Assembly: GCA_008632985.1 (NCBI GenBank)
Contig: QPGO01000015.1
Span: forward strand, 683,998-747,997
From: Psammoneis japonica
Lineage: Eukaryota
Reading direction: 5' to 3'
DNA: 64,000 nt
The notes under the pieces were generated by a model. That model was not told where the DNA came from and ran no database searches. It saw only the letters and a list, made by a program, of their open reading frames with translations. This document shows positions 58,751 to 64,000 of the stretch, piece after piece. The translations under genes and the position numbers were made by a program. Each line of letters opens with the position of its first letter. Position 1 is the stretch's first letter.

Positions 58751-59351
58751 TTGCAGCAGGCAGAGGAACGCCAAGTCTGACAGATGCACCAGTGGTGACG
58801 GGCTCCTTTTGACGGTAATGGAGACACACGTCTTCGAGTGGGGTGTGATGGGTTGAGCTGCAGCGGGAGCTGAAGAGGAAAAAATGGGTCAGTGCCGATG
58901 ATTCCTGAGCCCGTGGAAAGCGCACGATAAAGGACACGACTCACCCAAAATGAGGCTCTTAGCATCTGTTGTTAAGAGCGCAAGTGGTGTCGGGGAGAGT
59001 AACCTTCTTGTTGCACAGTGGTGATGTCAACAGAGGAGGTCGTCAGAGGCCGTGGTTTTGTCGTGGTAAAAAAATTCTGGCTCCGGAGGGTCACAGCAAT
59101 TCAGCGTCCGGGTTCCGTCTATGGAGAGACGATCAAAGGAATTGGGAATTTCACCTCTCCGCTCTTGTTTGAAACATGCATCCGTCCCGAGCGAGCTGAA
59201 ACTCCAAACTCCATCCGACAATACAGCATAGCCGACAAAACAAGAATCCAGGGAAAAAATGAGAGCCACCCAAAACATTTGCGAGTGAATCAGTTTGCTC
59301 CAGTTTCTACTCTCTAGAGTAGAGAGTAGAGCCCTACTACTAGAGAAGACC

Positions 59352-60410
59352 ATGTTGAAGAACGATACCTCGTCAGATAGAAAGGAAGACGGATCGGAAG
59401 CTGTTTCTCATGCGACGAACAACGACCCCAGAGCTGATGATTCCTCTTCCGCGGAAGAAGAAGAAGACGACGACGATCTCGTGCTAGAGGGTGTTCTGGT
59501 TAGAAATCCTGAAGCGCCCTCCTCGTCCGATGATGAAGTGAGTAGCGAAAGTGAGGGTGAGCAAGAAAAAAGCACTAAACCGCGAGCAAGCGCGGCAACG
59601 AAACTAGTAGGCTCGAAGCGGCGGGGAGACGAAACACCCGAAGCTAACAAAGGAGAATCAAACAAGGGCGCAAAACATAAAAAGAGAAAAACAGAACCAA
59701 AAGACAAAGAACCCGAAGTCATTAATGTGGACTTTACCTTTTGTGACATGCACGAAAAATACTTTCATGGCATCAAGACACAGTTAGGTTCTAGCAGTAA
59801 CATTTATGCTCCCCATTCATCGTCCTTGGCCGATACCATGATTGAGAACGTTTCGGTCGGCACAGTCATTTCAACGGACGGTGACGAAGAGGGAAACGTT
59901 TATGGGTTTGCTTCTGTTTTGCCCGTCAAAACGGAAGGTCCAGCTATTGAATACTACAAGGAACTCTGTTTAAAGCATTGCCCAGATCAACACAAAAAAG
60001 AGCTTGAGGTCGTCCTTTCCGCCAAGACGCGGCGACCAGCTGGGTTTCTCCTTCACGGACGAATGATTAATTTGCCTTTAGAGATTGTGGAAGTTCTTCA
60101 TCAACAGCTTGTCTTGGATATGGATTGGGCAGTGCTTCATGCAGAAGGCGGAGAAGACGAGAGGAAGTCGTTGGATTTTGGAGCCTTCGTACGGATAGCG
60201 CCGTCCTTTCCTTCTGATGGTGGTGGTTCTCCAGTCTACAAGTATTTTGATGACGACATTTTTGCATCGCACGCTGAGTTTGTTTACACATTTAGTGCAC
60301 CCAAAGGTTCTGCCAGTGAAGAAAAGCAGCTCTGTAGTGTGATTGTCATGACAAAGACCGGACACCGAGACAGCATGAAAGATCTTGCAAAATTCATAGC
60401 TAAAAGATAG
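59352..60410 (+). CDS. BCP1: BCP1/BCCIP family protein
   Basis: Acidic N-terminus, then INVDFTFCD...YFHGIK..L, VGTVI, VYGFASVL, GFLL..RMINLP.E and Y.YFDDDIF. Confidence 0.85.
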   Translation: MLKNDTSSDRKEDGSEAVSHATNNDPRADDSSSAEEEEDDDDLVLEGVLVRNPEAPSSSDDEVSSESEGEQEKSTKPRASAATKLVGSKRRGDETPEANKGESNKGAKHKKRKTEPKDKEPEVINVDFTFCDMHEKYFHGIKTQLGSSSNIYAPHSSSLADTMIENVSVGTVISTDGDEEGNVYGFASVLPVKTEGPAIEYYKELCLKHCPDQHKKELEVVLSAKTRRPAGFLLHGRMINLPLEIVEVLHQQLVLDMDWAVLHAEGGEDERKSLDFGAFVRIAPSFPSDGGGSPVYKYFDDDIFASHAEFVYTFSAPKGSASEEKQLCSVIVMTKTGHRDSMKDLAKFIAKR

Positions 60411-60448
60411 GACATGCCCAGAGTACAAGAACAAACTGTAGGCTATTC

Positions 60449-62103
60449 CTATGTCACCCCCTTCCTTTCAGGCATGTTTTGCAGTCGATGGTATGCTGTG
60501 TCGCAATCCACGAGCCAAGGACATTCTTCGTGCAGAATATCCCACGCGTCGTGGCCTGCGTCCACTGTTGCCGCCTCTGACATGGCACTGAGTAACTTAT
60601 ACCGCTTGTCATCGTTTTCACGGATTCTGTATACCGCTTCGACAAATGAACGAAGACGTGGGAGAATAACGTTTGTCCAATTCTGCCTATGCTGCATAAC
60701 AGGATCGTCTAGCGCGACTCTGGTTACCACGATGCTGATTTCTGCCTTTCTCTCACGTTCTCGGCCTTTCTCCACTTCTTTCCCTTCGCCCTTTTGCACA
60801 TTTTCTGTTCCCTCGGTTGAGATTGGCACAGTATCCGATGAGGATTCTAGACCAGGAGATTCGACGGAGGTGCGCGAGGCCGGGCCAAGGTTAAGGCCTC
60901 TGATTTCTCATGGCGGCCAGATAAAGGCGATTTCTCGCTTACCACATCATTTGTACCGGTGTCCGTTATGGTTTCTGCTCCTTCCCTATTTCGATTTGTC
61001 AGTGTAGAAGGCTCCGCAGCCTTCCTCATAACCTGCACAATATCTGAGAATTGTACACCCTGCATAAGACAGTAGGCAGTTGCTTGGATCTGGTCGTACA
61101 GAGGGGGTGGGACCTTGGCGGAATTTATGCGGTGTTTGCATTCGACAACGACACGCCGCATACGCCATCCGTCCCAATGGGGAGAATGTTGTTCACCTGG
61201 TCGAGGAGATTCGTACCAAAGTTCCTCTAGTATTCCATCTACCGACCCAAGAATCATAAAAAAGGGAGCAACAGAACTCGACTGCGCAGAACCGTCGCAG
61301 ACAATCTCTCCTTGCGCATCTTGTGCGTTGCTGCTCTCTGCTTCTGAGGATTTTCGAGGAGCCTCGGTTCTCAATCTTTTCACCTCTCGGTACACGGATC
61401 TGACGCCTTCCAAGTTTACAACAGTTTCCTCTTGTTCAAAATCGACACCAATCGCTTTTACCTTTGACTTATCTGCATCTGCTTGACGAACATACGGTAT
61501 CGCTTCACTCAATGGTATCACGGTGGGCGTTGACGTTGCAGTTTGATCAACAGTGTCGGCCTTAGTGAATGGCCAAGACAGGACATGTTCGTTTCGTTCT
61601 TTAATCTCCCACCCGCATTGCTTCGCATACATGTCCAGTGCGTCTTCTTCGTGAGAAACACCGAAGCCGGTGTTGACGCTATGTCTTACACCCTCTGTAA
61701 GAATTCTCAACTCGTCAATCGACAATTTCTGACTTTGTGTTGCTTCCCGGAGTACCTTCTCTTTGATTTCATTAGCTCCTTCACTAGTATGTACCTTCTT
61801 CGTCCCCTTCTTCACGTTGAGAGCTGATTGGAGTGCTTTTCGAGTGGATGCTCCGGCTCTCGAAGCAAGCTCCATCAGAATTTCTTCGTCAGTCGCAATC
61901 TCTAGGTCCAGCAACTCGCAATCATGACGATGGAGCTCTCGGCCTATCGACCCTTGATAAACCAATTCCATGAGTAGTTTTGGAAGACAGGCAAAGGGGT
62001 GAAAACCTGACATTGCGGCGATCGAAGAAGCGGCGAGTCGAAGCGAGTCATGTTTCTGTTGGAAGCGCCTTAATCGAAGGAGCTTTGCGTCGTCTTCCTC
62101 CAT
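60449..62103 (-). CDS. YqaJ/lambda-exonuclease-like PD-(D/E)xK nuclease; frame break near 60900
   Basis: ASSIAAMSG.HPF, GFGVSHEEDAL..Y, ILGSVDG, VVECKHR and YDQIQATAY; the C-terminal W..VILPRL..FV..V segment lies in ORF 60449..60829. Confidence 0.75.
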
Positions 62104-62632
62104 GTCCTCATCAACTATGGATGCTTCATAAGATTGAAAATTATGGATCTGTCACAAGCTCACAAGCTCGGGCCGCCATGCGGGGAGCGTACTTTTGAAG
62201 TCAACCGAAAATCTACATACATAATACACAACAACTAATATAATAAATTGCGGGGGCAAGAATTTGAAATCTCCGCTCCTGCTCGTGGCTCGTGGCCCCA
62301 ATAAATCCGAGGAAATGGTTTTAGTCAAACTTCATAATCAATCGATGCTAATAAGCTGTCCCCTTTCATCAACCTGATGGCTAGGATAACGAAAAGGAAC
62401 ACGGTGCTAAAACCTTGATCGTGGCGCACTTGATTGAGGACGACCTCCGTGCTTCGCTACCCTTTTATGATGATCTGCGATGATATCAATATGGCCGTGA
62501 CAACTCCTACTGCTTCCTCCTGCTTACGACAGCCACACGTCACTCGTCAACATTAACCCACGCTACGAGTACTACCTCGTATTCTGCATAAGTCGTTGGA
62601 TCCTTCACCTCACTTCAATTCTTAATCAGTCT

Positions 62633-64000
62633 ATGAAAGCCATGCTTCGACTTTCCTTTGCTCTCTGGGGTCTTGGGCTCGCCCTTGTTACCAATGTTCG
62701 TCTCTCGTGCGCATTCCAACCAGAGGTATTGTGGCGACGTCAACTGCCTCAGAGCGGGAGCATTCAAGGACCAGGGGTCCGAAAAGGCAACGGTGAGCAC
62801 GACAGCTTTCCTCTTTCGTCTTCGCCCTAAATATCGCTCACATTGTCATGTTTGTTTATTCTATCGCTGTATCACCTTTCTAGGCGTGGTGGCCTCCGCG
62901 GACGGCAGAACATTGTGGGTCACAAATGATTCTGGTTCTTTATTTGTATATGACTTGCAGAGTTCTGAACCAAGCGAGCCCGTGGAGTACAAAGCCCCTC
63001 CCTTGAGCAACCGAGACACGGAGTGCCGCTCAGCTGTGTCTCTCTTCGAATCAGACGCTGGTGTGACGTATGCCGTTTTTGCTGTAGTTGACATTCCGAA
63101 AGCCACTGAAGATATACCCATCAGCAGGTAAGTCTCATTGTCGGGTCAACTTATCCGGTAACCATTATTCTCACGAAATTTATCCCTTTTTCTCCGTCGT
63201 CAGCCGCGTCTTTGCCGTCAACGGAAATGGTGAAGAGCTCGGGTCACGTCGGTGGAAACGAACAGTTTCTGGAATTGCCGTAGGAACGCCTATTATTAGC
63301 TCGGACGGAAAGAGAGTGTATGTCAGCCACAACAAGAACAATACCGGTACGGGTTCGTTGAGCTGTATAAGTGATGAGGATGACGGAAACATCACATACA
63401 CAACTTCCGAGCACACCGAAATTCCATACGGCCCACCTACTCTGACACTGTTCGACGGTATTGAACACGTGGTCTGGGGAGAATTCACGGATAACGGATA
63501 CTCTGGGAGTGGTCGAATTCATTCGCTAGTTGGCGCGCCCAACGCAGAATCCACTCAGAGTGTAGGGCACTTCATTCAAAGCGCTACTACCGTGGCACCG
63601 ACTTTTTCGTCAGACAGATTATCCATGTGGATGGCAGGCAAATCTTCCACGATATACGGTTGGAGTGCCGCTAATTTCGGCAAAATCCCTCTATGGAAGA
63701 CCCAGCTACCAGTGAGCCTACGAAATGAATCCTATCGTACGTTTCTCGTCAAACACCTTTGGAGAACTCACCAAATGTAGCCCTCTGAGTTCTGACCTAT
63801 TTCTATTGTTCGTCCTCGATTCAGCAATCGTCAACCGCATCGTTGCAAGTGAAGATGACTCGCGCCTTTTTGTTGCTTCAGCGTCGAGATCGTTTCATTG
63901 TCTAAATGCAACAAACGGAAGTGAGATTTGGACGACAGAAAATGGCACCAGTGTTTTCATGACTGCAGCGCGATATTCCCGTAACAACAATGTGGTGTAT
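62633..64000 (+). CDS. Secreted beta-propeller (PQQ-like) protein, paralogue of the gene at 16262; runs off the window end
   Basis: Signal peptide; VRKGN|GVVASADG, ECRSAVSL.E, YAVFAVVDIP and V.GTPIIS.DGK all match the 16.3-kb gene; GT-AG introns. Confidence 0.7.

Larger units (their letters stand above)
51644..59120. mobile_element. Internally deleted TIR DNA transposon (ISL2EU/PIF-Harbinger-like), ~340-bp imperfect TIRs, left TIR interrupted by an LTR element
   Basis: 56407-56736 is the reverse complement of ~58781-59098. The match extends to 51644-51681 once the LTR element is removed (agacg.aacc...gctgaattgctgtgac). The ends AGACG...CGTCT are flanked by AT on both sides, a possible 2-bp TSD. 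Confidence 0.8.

Noticed and set aside
30400..59120. Classical RIP or simple CpG decay as the explanation for the skewed composition
   Set aside because: RIP would enrich TpA, not deplete it. CpG decay cannot remove TA, and the LTR pair lost TA with CpGs intact.
5930..60950. Programmed frameshifting in the ICME-like, LRR, adenosyltransferase and YqaJ-like genes
   Set aside because: Most breaks fall in or near short homopolymer or low-complexity runs (e.g. A6 at ~50835, G4 at ~10385) in unrelated genes. Assembly indels are the simpler explanation; reads are needed to confirm.

Overview
Gene-dense eukaryotic DNA, most likely a diatom: short GT-AG introns, bipartite plastid-targeting N-termini, a silicanin-like gene and DUF6824-type genes. 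About 22 host genes are supported, including NSA2, Ku70, an importin-5-like gene, FAN1, MMS2/UEV1, a CAX exchanger, a cobalamin adenosyltransferase and BCP1. Two repeat-derived blocks interrupt them. The first (~30.4-38.0 kb) is a dead tandem duplicate of the FAN1 upstream region and 5' end, split by ~6 kb of decayed repetitive DNA. The second (~51.6-59.1 kb) is a Ty3/Gypsy element with 367-bp LTRs nested in the left TIR of an ISL2EU/Harbinger-like DNA transposon that carries an Exo1/XPG-like nuclease ORF. The main discovery is that both blocks show directional TpA->TpG/CpA conversion (A->G after T, on both strands). This is the reverse of fungal RIP, is separable from CpG decay, tends to spare TTAA, and stops sharply at host genes. 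It suggests an apparently undescribed repeat-targeted mutator or base modification, but a basecalling artefact must be excluded. All alignments and counts were made by eye, and family assignments come from motif recognition rather than database searches.
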